Shown here: positions 22,415 to 33,554 of the stretch, in pieces
Position numbering within the stretch: position 1 is the stretch's first letter
How the letters are laid out: each line of letters starts with the position of its first letter
DNA from: Schizochytrium sp. TIO01
Taxonomy: Eukaryota > Protista > Bigyra: Labyrinthulomycetes
DNA: 64,000 nucleotides
Reading direction: 5' to 3'
NCBI GenBank assembly: GCA_004764695.1
Contig: SMSO01000035.1
Coordinates: 1,426,001 to 1,490,000 of the forward strand
Position numbers and translations under genes: made by a program
Notes under the pieces: model-generated
Databases searched by the model: none
Seen by the model: the letters and a program-made list of their open reading frames with translations, nothing else
What the model was told of the DNA's origin: nothing

Positions 22415-25400
22415 ATGATGCGAAGTCCCCGCGTCAGAATTTCCTTAATGCGGGCCCAATCGCTGGCCCTCGCAGCTATGGCAGCCATGATTGTGCTCGC
22501 CACATCTGCTATGGGACAGGAATGTAGAACCTACGAACCATACCTCGCTGGGTCATTGGGACTGTGCGCAGGTGTGGTGGACTACCGCTACTACGCTAAC
22601 AGCTCTGTATCTCAGGTCGAGCTTGAGGCTGAGGCATTCGACCTCATCACTGATGGAAACTCCAACTTGGCGCTCTTACTCAAACTTCTGCCCACAAGCT
22701 GTGGCACTGCTCTCAAAGAGGCTGTCTGCAAAGTCGCTTTTCCCGAATGTGTCACAGTTCCACCCTTTTTTCTATCCAGCTACAGCGTGGAAGCGGCTGG
22801 CTACAATGACACCTATGCGCTCACCAGCGAGGTCATTTGCGGCATGACGGAGTACTTTTGGGATGATTCTTCGAACATCTGTGGTGTTGCCATGCCGGTA
22901 ATGCCTTGCCGTGGCAATTGCGAAGCTCTCTCGCTCAAGGCAAATAACATCCCCGAAACCGTTTCTGACATTACCATTGCAGGAACGTGTCCTTTAGTAT
23001 CTGGCCTCTTTTATCCCAAGATGCTCTCCAGTATTTCTGCATCATCGGATGACCAGGCTGTTCTAAGTGAGTATAGCACTATGCTGGCCTCGTGTGGGTC
23101 TTCTTACAATGCAACCTGTGCTAAAACACCGTATACTCTGACTGTACTCAAGGCTCTTGACCTCGCGCCTACTTGCGAGGCCACAATGGACACCACCCTT
23201 GGGTCGATGGACGTTTTCCCCGATACCTCGCAAACGACTCTCAAGGCGCTTATTTCCGCTCAAATCACAAAGGCTACGGCAGCCACAGGTATTTCGAGCG
23301 ATTGTGCGCCCGAAGGCTCCGGACTTTCTATTTCATGCGATCTTATTGCAAAGGCTTACGGGTGCAATAATTCCACAAGCACTAGCGAGATTGAGAAAAC
23401 ATATGATGTACTTCCAGAATCGTCTGTATGCGCTGGAGTTGTGGGGTACTCCACATCTACTCTTGGCGCCGAGGACAATCAAGATTCTGCATTGATTCAG
23501 AAGCTTGCTGTTCAAGATGAGATTTATCAGCTTCTTGGAGGCCAGTCTGAAGAGCAGGCTGCCGAGTGCCTCAGCTCTGGCAAGACGGACACTTATTTGC
23601 GCACATTTTACGTACCGACGACTGTCGGAATGGCCCCTTTGGCGTCTCGCTTTGATGAAAACAGTACTGAGCAGGACCTCGGTACTTGGGATGAGGAAGC
23701 TTGCCCTGTGGAATGGGAGTCGTCGCCAAAGTTTGCTAATTACCCAGCAACCTCGCCACTCTGCACCTATGGAAGCTACAGCGCCTATAATTCTCGCGAT
23801 TGCCTGTTGCTTCGCATTAACTACAGCGTTGGATCCTTCCCCGGCTGGGCATCCGTCCGCTGTCAAGTTGCTTTCAGAGAGTATGCCTGCTCCCAAGGCC
23901 TTATGAAGCCTGAGGTCAAGTCTCTTTGTCTTGTCCCGGATGCACTTGGCGGATGCAACGCACAAGATCTTGCGGAGGCTTACGCAAATGACCAGATCCC
24001 ATTGTCTTATGCATTACCGCGCTTCGCTTCGCGTCAGATCTGCCAGCTCTATGCCACAGAATGTGCTAGTCTGCTGCCTTCGTTGCCTGCCTCCGCTCAA
24101 CCAGATTGTGATGGGATTCTTAATGAAACAGAGTGTGCGAACGGCGAGTCGTCGTTCTGGGGTTGCTTGAATAGCTTTAACGGTGTGGAAAAGTTTCCAG
24201 AGTCCATTCAGACCTTTGCCAATGCGTCTAACCTTGGCGAGCTAGAGACCTACCTGGCCATGGTCAATGACCCTACCACAGCGAGCTTGCCTTCAGCAGC
24301 ATTTGATAATGCTACTCTTGATGTAAGCGCTTCGATGACAAGCGATGTGGCCGACCCAACCATAAGCAAGTTGCTCTACAATGGCACTCTCACTAATGCC
24401 GAAATGTCTGCTCTCAAGGACGAGTACTGCTCATGTCCCGAGCCGCTTGTTGTCCCTGATGCTGCTGACGGTGATACTATCAACTCCGCTACATGTTGTG
24501 CTCTACCTTGCCTCGGGACCATGCTCACGCAAAGTGATATGCAAAGTTTTGGTCGTGCTCAATTTGCGCTCAGTCTCATTGGTATTCTCATGGCCACCTT
24601 TATGGTTGTTACATGGGGTATTTTCAAGGAAAAAAGTAAGCAATTCATGACTTTCTGGCTTTCCGTATGCTCTTTCAACGTCACTCTAGGAATGTTGGTG
24701 AACTCGTGCACAGAAAACTTCGATCTTACAAACAACATGTGCCTGGATAACTCCACACCAGTTACACTGTTGACTGTAGGTTTTACCACGACCACATTTC
24801 AAGGCATATGGTTGATTTTCTTTGCATCAGCACTCTGTGCCTGGTGGCTTGTGCAAGCATTTGACCTTCATCGTAAGTTGGTTCTCGGTGCGCGCACTAC
24901 AGATCGTAGCCGCCGTGCTTATCATATCTTTGCATGGACCATCCCTGTAATTGAAATCGCATTTGTCCTTGGATACCAGTCGGTGGGATTCCAAGCGCCC
25001 ACACCCTGGTCTTTCATTACCACGGATCGCAGCAAATATCTAGAATGGCTTGCATTTTACATGTTCATTGCGTGCTGTTTTGTAATTGGCAGTGCTCTGA
25101 TGATTCGCGTTGTGTGGACCATTTATCAACATGTAAAGCGTTCCACTCATTTGAACCAGGGTACCAACTCAAGCGGACGGTTTGCAAAGCGTATGGCTAT
25201 GTACCGCACACCAATGCTCTTTGTGGCTGTCTTCATATTTGTCTGGCTTACTGTCTTTTGGTTTCGGTTTTCTACATTCTTCCGAGAGAGCACCTATGAA
25301 GAGGAGGCTGAAGCATGGGTCAGCTGCCTTCTCTTGAACTACGCGAATGGTATCACTGATCCTGCCACAAACTCTGCAGCCAATATCACCATGCTTATTA

Positions 25401-25813
25401 ATGCACCCGATGATCAAGTGGGCTGTGGCATGACTCAGCCTGGTGGTCTTCGCATGAACCCTTTGTGGCTTACTTTTGTGGTCATCATGAGTCAGAGCAT
25501 TCTTATTTTCTTGGTCTTTGGGATGCACAAGCGCAACTACCAGCTTTGGGCTGCTAAACTTGGCATCAAGACCGATACTCTTGCCACCATCGAGGATACC
25601 AACGACAGCTACTCGAAGGGATCCAAATCCAAGGAGACCATACCCAGCAACAAGTCATTCCAAATGACTCCTTCGAGCTTCAACTCAAACTTTGAGGAGT
25701 CCCGCAAGGTCTCGTTTTATAACATGGCCGGGCCTAGTCGTTTCCCTGCAACCCCGCCACCACCGGGTAAGCCTCCGGCAGCACCCCCTGTGCCTGGAGC
25801 ATTCGACCTTTAA
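22415..25813 (+). CDS. Frizzled/Smoothened-like (class F-type) 7TM GPCR with signal peptide and two cysteine-rich domains
   Basis: Signal peptide (SLALAAMAAMIVLATSAMG). CRD-like blocks CAGVVDY...CGTALKEAVCKVAFPEC...PCRGNCE and CAGVVGY...CQVAFREYAC...ICQLYATEC. Linker CPEPLV...CALPC. Seven hydrophobic helices with WW in TM3 and YHIFAW in TM4. KRNYQLW after TM7 and a Pro-rich tail. Start uncertain (ATGs at 22292, 22325, 22415). Confidence 0.85.
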   Translation: MMRSPRVRISLMRAQSLALAAMAAMIVLATSAMGQECRTYEPYLAGSLGLCAGVVDYRYYANSSVSQVELEAEAFDLITDGNSNLALLLKLLPTSCGTALKEAVCKVAFPECVTVPPFFLSSYSVEAAGYNDTYALTSEVICGMTEYFWDDSSNICGVAMPVMPCRGNCEALSLKANNIPETVSDITIAGTCPLVSGLFYPKMLSSISASSDDQAVLSEYSTMLASCGSSYNATCAKTPYTLTVLKALDLAPTCEATMDTTLGSMDVFPDTSQTTLKALISAQITKATAATGISSDCAPEGSGLSISCDLIAKAYGCNNSTSTSEIEKTYDVLPESSVCAGVVGYSTSTLGAEDNQDSALIQKLAVQDEIYQLLGGQSEEQAAECLSSGKTDTYLRTFYVPTTVGMAPLASRFDENSTEQDLGTWDEEACPVEWESSPKFANYPATSPLCTYGSYSAYNSRDCLLLRINYSVGSFPGWASVRCQVAFREYACSQGLMKPEVKSLCLVPDALGGCNAQDLAEAYANDQIPLSYALPRFASRQICQLYATECASLLPSLPASAQPDCDGILNETECANGESSFWGCLNSFNGVEKFPESIQTFANASNLGELETYLAMVNDPTTASLPSAAFDNATLDVSASMTSDVADPTISKLLYNGTLTNAEMSALKDEYCSCPEPLVVPDAADGDTINSATCCALPCLGTMLTQSDMQSFGRAQFALSLIGILMATFMVVTWGIFKEKSKQFMTFWLSVCSFNVTLGMLVNSCTENFDLTNNMCLDNSTPVTLLTVGFTTTTFQGIWLIFFASALCAWWLVQAFDLHRKLVLGARTTDRSRRAYHIFAWTIPVIEIAFVLGYQSVGFQAPTPWSFITTDRSKYLEWLAFYMFIACCFVIGSALMIRVVWTIYQHVKRSTHLNQGTNSSGRFAKRMAMYRTPMLFVAVFIFVWLTVFWFRFSTFFRESTYEEEAEAWVSCLLLNYANGITDPATNSAANITMLINAPDDQVGCGMTQPGGLRMNPLWLTFVVIMSQSILIFLVFGMHKRNYQLWAAKLGIKTDTLATIEDTNDSYSKGSKSKETIPSNKSFQMTPSSFNSNFEESRKVSFYNMAGPSRFPATPPPPGKPPAAPPVPGAFDL

Positions 25814-26524
25814 GACCAAGTCAGGGTTTTTTAATTTCAGCCTTGGCATGCATGTGAGATCCGCATCTAGCATGCAAAGTGCGCTAAAATCGATGGGACT
25901 CTCGATCCCGTTTCAGTCCGAGGCACAGATTTGTTATGATAGCCTTTGCCGTTGCCCGGGCAAACACCCCTACTGACTTCGACGTTCTTGTTGACATTTG
26001 ATTCTACTCTTGCTGTTGTTACTGTTTGTCAGAGTGTAGAAACCATACTGAACGTCTTTATACCCAGTTATGTTTTTCATGAAGTAGAGTATAATACTTC
26101 TGTTATCTGATTGAATCTCAATTTTGTTTTTTGAAGTCTAATATTTCATTCCTTTACATTTTTGTTGTCTATGACCTTCTCCTGCGCAACACCATCGCCA
26201 TACTATTCCAGGCCTCAACTGGAGTTCTACTTGGTATTTATTCTATCGTCCAACGTTGAACAATCTAAAAAACGTTTAATGTTTTTTATTTTTTTGTTTT
26301 TTTTTTTTAATATAAATAATTTTGGAATTTGAAAAAAAAAAAAAAAAATAATAATAATAATAATAAATGAAAAAAATGAAAAGAAAATCAGTCATCAAAT
26401 CAATGCCCAAACAAAGAATCAAAACTGCATGAGCATTTCGAGCTTACCAACACGATAAAGCTGCACTAGACGTTGGGTCAAGCTCGAGTTAACCCTTCCA
26501 CGTCAGAAGTAGCTACAAAAGCAG

Positions 26525-28223
26525 ATGCCATGCCTAGTATTAAAGAGAAGAATGGAGCCTCGACGGTCTATCGTGGTCTCGGCTGTCGTTGCATGCTGGG
26601 TCGTCCTTTGTTCATGGGAGCTGATTGACCCAGTGCTAGCAGCAGCGACGAGTCAAGCAACGTTCGGAGGAGATGATAGGTCGCAAGCTCGCCCACTGAG
26701 CTGTGCTGAACTGTTTGGATTAGTGCCATCACTTGCTGAGGCTTTCTTCCTCGCAGATGCTGCTTATGTAGAATTAGCCGAATCTTGTGTCTCGCAATAC
26801 TCAGATAATCCTTTAGCTTGGGCCACACTTGGCAGGGTAAGATACTTTGCAGGCGTCAAAAATAAATATGATCGCTATAGACCTACTGTAGAAGCACTTC
26901 GTCTCGCTTCCTTGTTGAACCCTTTATGGTATGATGAAGAATATGCTCTAGCTTTATCAATGGATGCTGATTATCAGGGAATAGTTGATTTAATAAACCC
27001 AAACCTGGACACTGCAAGTAGTACCATGATTCTTCGCTGGGGTGAAGCGATGTATTTTCTTAAAAAGATGTCATCTAAGGATCTATACATGCAAATCTCA
27101 AAGTGGGTATCAGATCATGGTTACATGATCGAACAGGATCTGGCACAAGCGAAAGCATTTGTTTATCTTGAATTTTTCCTTTGCAAGCTTGCGGATAACC
27201 TCCAGGAGTATGATGATGCATGGAGGCATGCAACCTACGCACACCAAATAGTTTTGGAGAAATACCAAGATTCAAGAAAGGCGGAGCAACGTAGCAAGTT
27301 TGGGATTGCTTTTGTAAACGGTATTGTCACAACCTTTACTGCGTTTGGCTTTAATAATAAACCCCAGTACCTGGACTCCAATGAACGTCCAATCTTTCCA
27401 AAAAGGGGTGTACCAATTTTTGTGGTGGGCCTTGAGAGAAGCGGGACATCGCTTTTAGAGCAAATGCTGTCCATGCATCCAGATATTTTTGGTCTTGGTG
27501 AGACACAGCTTTTAGATCATTTGTCTATACCAGATGTGGACTGCGTACAACATGTTAATATTGAGGAAGCGCAGTGTAGAATGAATATTGGTGCAGGGCT
27601 TACAGCCGCTGATGCTGAATTGAGCAAGCGCTATCGCCGCGCAATTATTGAACTTTACGAGTCCCAGACCCAGAACAAGGCTCATTATCCGAATCTCGAC
27701 AATGTACCTCGTTACCTGACTGACAAATTACCACTTAATTGGCGAAACATCCCTCTTATCTCTACATTTTATCCGGATGCCAAGATCATTGTACTTCGGC
27801 GAGATTTTCGTGACGTCTTGATTTCACAGTACTTTGCCGGCCTTCCACCTTGAGTACAATTTTCACGCGAACACACCTGAAGGCATTGCCAGTCACATGC
27901 AGCTTTTCTCTGACACCCTCTCTCGCTACAGCGCTCTTGGGTATTCCTGGCTAGACGTCTCTTACGAATCTCTAGTTCAGGATCCGCGCAGAGTGCTCAA
28001 GAATGTGCTCGTGTTCCTGGATCTAGATTGGAACGATCTTGTTCTGGAGCACCATAAATCGACACGTGTTCCACAAACTGTAAGCCGCAGCCAGGCGACC
28101 CAAAAAGTTTACTCCACCTCGGTTCGCCGTTGGTCGAAGTATGCGAAGTACCTTCCGCAGCACCCGATCGTTCACGCTCCGCAAGAGCTCTTTGCAGAAC
28201 AGCCCGAGGTTTGCGAGGACTAA
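26525..28223 (+). CDS. Secretory-pathway sulfotransferase (helical/TPR-like N-region + Sulfotransfer_3-type domain), copy 1, split by a +1 frameshift at ~27840
   Basis: N-terminal hydrophobic segment; PAPS motif PIFVVGLERSGTSLLEQML; TDKLPLNW; RRDFRDVLISQY. The protein continues in ORF 27834..28223 with SYESLVQDP, DLDWND and TVSRSQ...YSTSVRRW. Removing one C from GGCC (27839-27842) restores a gapless alignment to the paralog at 31427. Confidence 0.85.
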
Positions 28224-28264
28224 GGTGAGCGTAACTAGTGCTAACTCACCGCCAGTCTGCAGCG

Positions 28265-29170
28265 ATGGATGTGGCTACAAAAGACACACAAGCAATAGAA
28301 GACAGTTTAGTTGACGAAGACTTGGCCGATGGTTTGCAAGTGACCGCGAGTGCAGATCGCGAAGATCAATGCGGAGGTTCAGATGCGAAGCTTCAGAGAT
28401 GGCGCGTGGAGCAGCGCGAGTTATGCACAAGACTCAAGTTGCAGGATGATGAGAATCCGAGCGGCTTTGAGGCATGGCAGCATTTTGGCGGAGTCGATAT
28501 CAGCTTTGTGAAAGGAACTGAGCTTGCTTGCGCTAGCCTTGTGGTCCTTAGAGCACCTTTGCCTGATACACCGGCAAAAGATCTCGAGCTAGTGTACGAG
28601 GACTTTGAGCTCGTAACCATGGACGAGCCATATATCGCAGGTTTCTTGGCCTTTCGTGAAGTGAAATTTCTCAAAACACTCTGGCATCGTCTTGAGGACC
28701 GCCTCGCTCGTGGCGAGGTCGACCAAACAAGGGTTCGCATGCCTGATATCACTCTCGTTGATGGGAATGGGGTTTTACATTCCCGTGGTTTTGGTTTAGC
28801 AAGTCATTTGGGTGTTGAGCTCGGCATTCGCACGATTGGTGTAGCGAAGACCTTGTTGCAGGTGGATGGAATGACAAAGGATCGTGTGGCTGATTGGATC
28901 GATGCCACACCAAAAGCTGAGTCTGGCTTCACTGTAACCAATCTTGTTGGTGACTCTGGCCGCTGTTGGGGTAGCGCAGTCTTAGCTCTCTCTCATTTGA
29001 CAAAACCTATTTTTATTTCATGTGGGCATCGCGTGTCTCTGAAAACTGCACTTAATGTTGTACATCGATGCTGCGCATTCCGAATTCCGGAACCGGTTCG
29101 ACAAGCAGATCTCCGAAGCCGCGAATGGCTCCGCGTGAACAAGCCTTCTCCTTCTTCTTCTTCTTCGTAG
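28265..29170 (+). CDS. ENDOV: Endonuclease V (inosine-specific nuclease)
   Basis: GGVDISF, PYIAGFLAFRE, LVDGNGVLHSRGFGLASHLG, IGVAK, PIFISCGHRVSL and RIPEPVRQAD are all EndoV signature motifs. First ATG at 28265. Confidence 0.95.
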   Translation: MDVATKDTQAIEDSLVDEDLADGLQVTASADREDQCGGSDAKLQRWRVEQRELCTRLKLQDDENPSGFEAWQHFGGVDISFVKGTELACASLVVLRAPLPDTPAKDLELVYEDFELVTMDEPYIAGFLAFREVKFLKTLWHRLEDRLARGEVDQTRVRMPDITLVDGNGVLHSRGFGLASHLGVELGIRTIGVAKTLLQVDGMTKDRVADWIDATPKAESGFTVTNLVGDSGRCWGSAVLALSHLTKPIFISCGHRVSLKTALNVVHRCCAFRIPEPVRQADLRSREWLRVNKPSPSSSSS

Positions 29171-31426
29171 TTGTTGTTGTTATCTTGACATTTGGCCCAT
29201 CTTTCAAGGTGTCGAGTATTTTCATTTCTTTTTTCTCATATCGGCAGCAGAAGTGGCGAATCTTGATCGCAGACTTACAATGTTGGATGGGTTTGATACT
29301 AAAGAGCACGCTAAACACCTACTCTCCATCTGTTTCCTTCGACCCATGCATCTGTGAGGTTTCTTATCTTACTTTTTTATTTACTTGCGCTGATGATTTG
29401 TTTCAAGAATAAAAATAATTTCTTTCAGGATTATACTAAAAACTTTTACATGCGATTCTGCCCCAATTCCTACTACTTTCGCTATCTGAAAAGGTATTCA
29501 AGTGCAGTTGTTCTACTCGCAAGCAGTAGCTTGGCACTATAATGCTGCGTTATCGCCGTACTCAGTTCAGAGCGCTCGCTACTCTTACAGCATCTCAGCC
29601 TTTCTTCAAGTAGCTTTTTTTTTTTTTTTTTTTTTTTTAAAATCAAAAGTATTACAGGAAGGGCGTTAAGAGTCCATGATTAATGAATTTTTTCGTCTTT
29701 CAAGAAACCAAAGTACCAATAAAAAATGTTTTAAATTAACATTAAGAAGAACAGTACTACTCTTCTGCCTCAACCCTTTGCCCAATCGCTCGTTTGCCTT
29801 CCGCCTTCGCTTCGTTCAAGTTAGCCTTAACGCCGCTGGGATCAACCCTTTTCAGGGCCACTGCTACGGCCTCATTGGTCTTCTGCGGTCTTTTTATCCG
29901 CCATTCTCTCTCCATTTCGTTTCGTTTCTTTTACTTTCGGACCCATAATAAAATTTAACTCCCCATATTCGCTGTAATATGTCATATCAATATTACACGA
30001 ACGTAATTATTTCCTTTCTGTCGTACCTCCTAAGAATATGCGCGATCTCTTTCAATCTGTGATTTAACTTCGCGTGGGCAGTATTTGGTAGAGGAGGCCT
30101 ACAACTATGTACCTAATACCCTTTCTCTTTTAAAATTGAATATTGAAAAGGTGCCAAAGAAAGAAAGGAAAGAAAGAAAGAAAGAAAGTCACACAAAGAT
30201 CGATTTCACTTTCAGAGTGATAATTGAAGAAGAGACAATGAGAGTCCCATCGCTGTTTTTAGGCTTCTGCTGTGCGCTTTTGATGAAGAAGCGGATGAGG
30301 GAAACAGGTGGTACCCACTGGTGTTTAAAGGCCCGAGGCCGCTGCTGATGGAAGCAAAGGGCGAAAGAGCAACGTCTCCGCTCCCACCTCCGCTGGACCC
30401 ATGATTTCATGTTAGTTTCGATAGGCCTTCTCTTCCTCTCCTTCCCATCCACTAAGAAGGGATCGTTTGTAGAGATAGCAGAGTAAAGTAGAGTAGAGTA
30501 GAGTAGGTACCTCCTAGGTACTACTTACCTTTCTTTCTTTTTCTTTCTCTTTAACGCTTTTTAGTTCAGCATTATAACTTTCTAAATAGAAAAATCAATT
30601 AATTTATATTAAAGATGCATCAAAACTGAGGCAAGCGCGTACTTCTTTTACCTTGAGCTGCAAGACTCTTCAAAGTCCACGCAGGCGCAGAGCATAGCTC
30701 GCAGATAAGAGGTATCCAAATAAGGGGATTCGTTGTGGCGCGCAAGATCGGCGATGGAGAGATTCGATCGCGGCTTGTTCACCTTATTAGCAGCGACTAA
30801 ACCTTTTGTTAAACTCGAAGAGTTTGTTTCGACATTGTTCGCAGGCCATCTTAGCGTTGCTGATAGTTAAGAAGTTGGTAACGTAAAGGGTAGAAGGGCC
30901 AATAGGAGTGGTCCGTACTGAGACGATTCTAGCGAGGTATCCATTCGAGGTCAACGATGGTTGGTTTCTTTGATTATTAGTTTCCTCGTTGGAAATAGAT
31001 TGCTTAGAGCAGAAGGGAATTAAGAGTGAAGACTTCGAAGGAGCCCACATATGTGGCTTATGACGGAGAGGAACGTACAACCGCGGATTGGACTCGAATG
31101 GGGAGAAGAACATAACGGAAGAGGTTGGTTTATTTTCTGAAAACACTTTATAGCATAGCTTTACATACAAACTTCCGTGCCAGAGCAAATCTTTTAGTTG
31201 GTCTCTCTCTATTCCTTTTTCCTTTTCGCTTCTCTTCTTATTACTATTCTTTTATTGAATGCCTTTCTAAAACGGCACCTCCCTATTTCCATTAGGTATC
31301 TGTTTGGTAACCACTTCTTCTTTTTTCTTTTTCTAAACCCAAAAATAGTTGTAAGATGTGTGTGTATCTCTGAAATGGCAGTAAAAGAAACGAAGAGTTT
31401 TTTGCTTACTGATTATTTTCGGAACG

Positions 31427-33166
31427 ATGATGATGTCGAGGCTAACAAACTCGTTTGTTGCTTGGGCAACAGACCTTGAAAAGGCACGGCGCGAGGCAAC
31501 GGCCGGGCCTCCCAGTGAATACCTTCTCTGCGCCGGCCTACAGAACGAGAGGATGGCGCTGCCGACAATAAAAATGGGACTCTTGAGGACAGCCACACAG
31601 ACAGTGAGAGTTGCGCTCTTTACTGTGATACTACTCTTGTGCCATGAAGTTACAATGGGCCAAGTAATAGAGCAAAACTTGCAAATGAGAACCATGTGCG
31701 AAGCGCTTGCTGAGCAGTATCCGCCTTTTATTAATTCCCAAACAGCATCAGAATCTGAGCTTCTACTTGCAAAAAGATGTGCTGTCGCATTCCCCCTAGA
31801 CAAGGAGATGGAAGCGGTCCTCGGGCGGATTTCCTTCGCATATGGAGTGCGAGACTCAGATGGTAAACCAACAATGTTTGTGGAATGTTTGCGACGAGTT
31901 TATGACTCAGATCCAGATAGATATCGTGACGAGTATGCGTTTGCCCTGTCCACAACTAATGCATGGGAGAAAGTTATACAACTTTTAGAGCCATCCTTAG
32001 AAACAGCATCAGCGCGAGGACTTCTTCGCTGGGCAGAAGCATCTTTGATAATGAAGAGGTACAACAATCAAGATTTATTTGATCGATTGTACAAATGGGC
32101 ACTCGAGCGGGGGAAGGTGGAGGTTGGAGCAGCCGATGCAGTCGCTGTCTCAGATTTATATTTTTTACTTTCTCAGCTTGTTGACAGCCCAGAGTCGAGA
32201 TGGGATTTGGCGTTAGCAGCGAAACATGGCCGGTACTGTGACAAAAAAAACTACCAGGCTGGAGCAAGACTTTATAGGCAGACAAGAATTTGGGATCAAG
32301 CCTTGAGGGATATTTTTCATCGCGTTGGCATTGTTAATGAGTCGCAGGCTGACTTGAGTATTCCTTTAGATGAATACAAAGGCTTTTCGACCCCAATATT
32401 TATTGTGGGTCTTGAACGTAGCGGAACTACGTTACTAGAACAGATTTTGGATATGCACCCTGATATCCATGGTCTTGGTGAAACCACAGTGTTTTCGAGT
32501 GCACTCCCGTCCGTCTTGTGTACGTCTGACCCATTCGATGAAAGCACAGATAACTCCCCAAATTGCTATATGAACCTTGAATTTCTGAAACCCCAGAACA
32601 AAATAAAGACTGGTATCGAATGCCTCGAGCGGTATCAGGCCCTTTATAATAAGCAGCATCATACGGAGAGTAGCACCAGCAAAGTCCCACAATATATCAC
32701 AGATAAGCTTCCGTTAAACTGGAGAAATATTCCCATGATTAGAGCAGTTCTTCCGCATGCCAAAATTCTAGTCCTTCGGCGAGACGTTAGAGATGTTTTC
32801 CTGTCTCAGTTCACCTCAAACTTTCTCCCTGGACATATGCATCAAACGGAAGATGTTGACAAGCTCGTAGAATATCTCAATCATTTCACAACCACAATGG
32901 ATGCATGGCAATCCATCGGAATTAGCTGGTTCGATGTTTCCTACACTTCTCTTGTACAGAACCCTCGGAAGGTTCTTCAAAATATAATGCTCTATTTAGA
33001 CCTTCCATGGAATGATCTACTTCTGCAACACGAATCATCAACTCGAACACCAAATACCTTGAGCAGAGAACAGGTTACGCATAAGATTTACACAACGTCT
33101 GTCGACCGGTGGCTACCCTATAAAGAACTCATCCCCACCAACAAACTGATTATCCAGAACTACTAG
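31427..33166 (+). CDS. Secretory-pathway sulfotransferase, copy 2 (intact)
   Basis: Hydrophobic leader VALFTVILLLC; PIFIVGLERSGTTLLEQIL; ITDKLPLNWRNIP; RRDVRDVFLSQF; SYTSLVQNP; IYTTSVDRW. Colinear with copy 1. The true start may be a downstream Met (MALPTIK or MGLLRT). Confidence 0.9.
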   Translation: MMMSRLTNSFVAWATDLEKARREATAGPPSEYLLCAGLQNERMALPTIKMGLLRTATQTVRVALFTVILLLCHEVTMGQVIEQNLQMRTMCEALAEQYPPFINSQTASESELLLAKRCAVAFPLDKEMEAVLGRISFAYGVRDSDGKPTMFVECLRRVYDSDPDRYRDEYAFALSTTNAWEKVIQLLEPSLETASARGLLRWAEASLIMKRYNNQDLFDRLYKWALERGKVEVGAADAVAVSDLYFLLSQLVDSPESRWDLALAAKHGRYCDKKNYQAGARLYRQTRIWDQALRDIFHRVGIVNESQADLSIPLDEYKGFSTPIFIVGLERSGTTLLEQILDMHPDIHGLGETTVFSSALPSVLCTSDPFDESTDNSPNCYMNLEFLKPQNKIKTGIECLERYQALYNKQHHTESSTSKVPQYITDKLPLNWRNIPMIRAVLPHAKILVLRRDVRDVFLSQFTSNFLPGHMHQTEDVDKLVEYLNHFTTTMDAWQSIGISWFDVSYTSLVQNPRKVLQNIMLYLDLPWNDLLLQHESSTRTPNTLSREQVTHKIYTTSVDRWLPYKELIPTNKLIIQNY

Positions 33167-33554
33167 ATCCTAGTAGTCAACATCCCGATAGTCAAGAGAG
33201 GATATGCTAAGCAAGGTTTTCCATGTTATATATCTGAGTTATCTTTCAATTGTCTTCAGCAAATTAGCATAGTGGAAGCTATAGCCAGTCCATCATCGTC
33301 TTTCTCCGACTAGGCACACAAGACGGTTTCAGGTATGTTAACTAATTAGGACATATACTTCAAGTGCGAGAAAACATAAATGTGAAATTTTAAGTGTTTC
33401 CTTTCGGGTTTTCTGATATACACTTGCCTCCCTATGAATGTATGTCCAAATCCGATTTGACAATTCTCTTTCTTGTTATTTCCCATGTGCAAAAAAGAAC
33501 AAGAATAATCAGTACGTGCCTACTGTACGTACATACATTATAATCAAACGGACC

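Noticed and set aside
30787-31188. 133-aa minus-strand ORF between EndoV and sulfotransferase copy 2
   Set aside because: No recognisable motif and a non-ATG start; it may be decayed sequence but this is unsupported.
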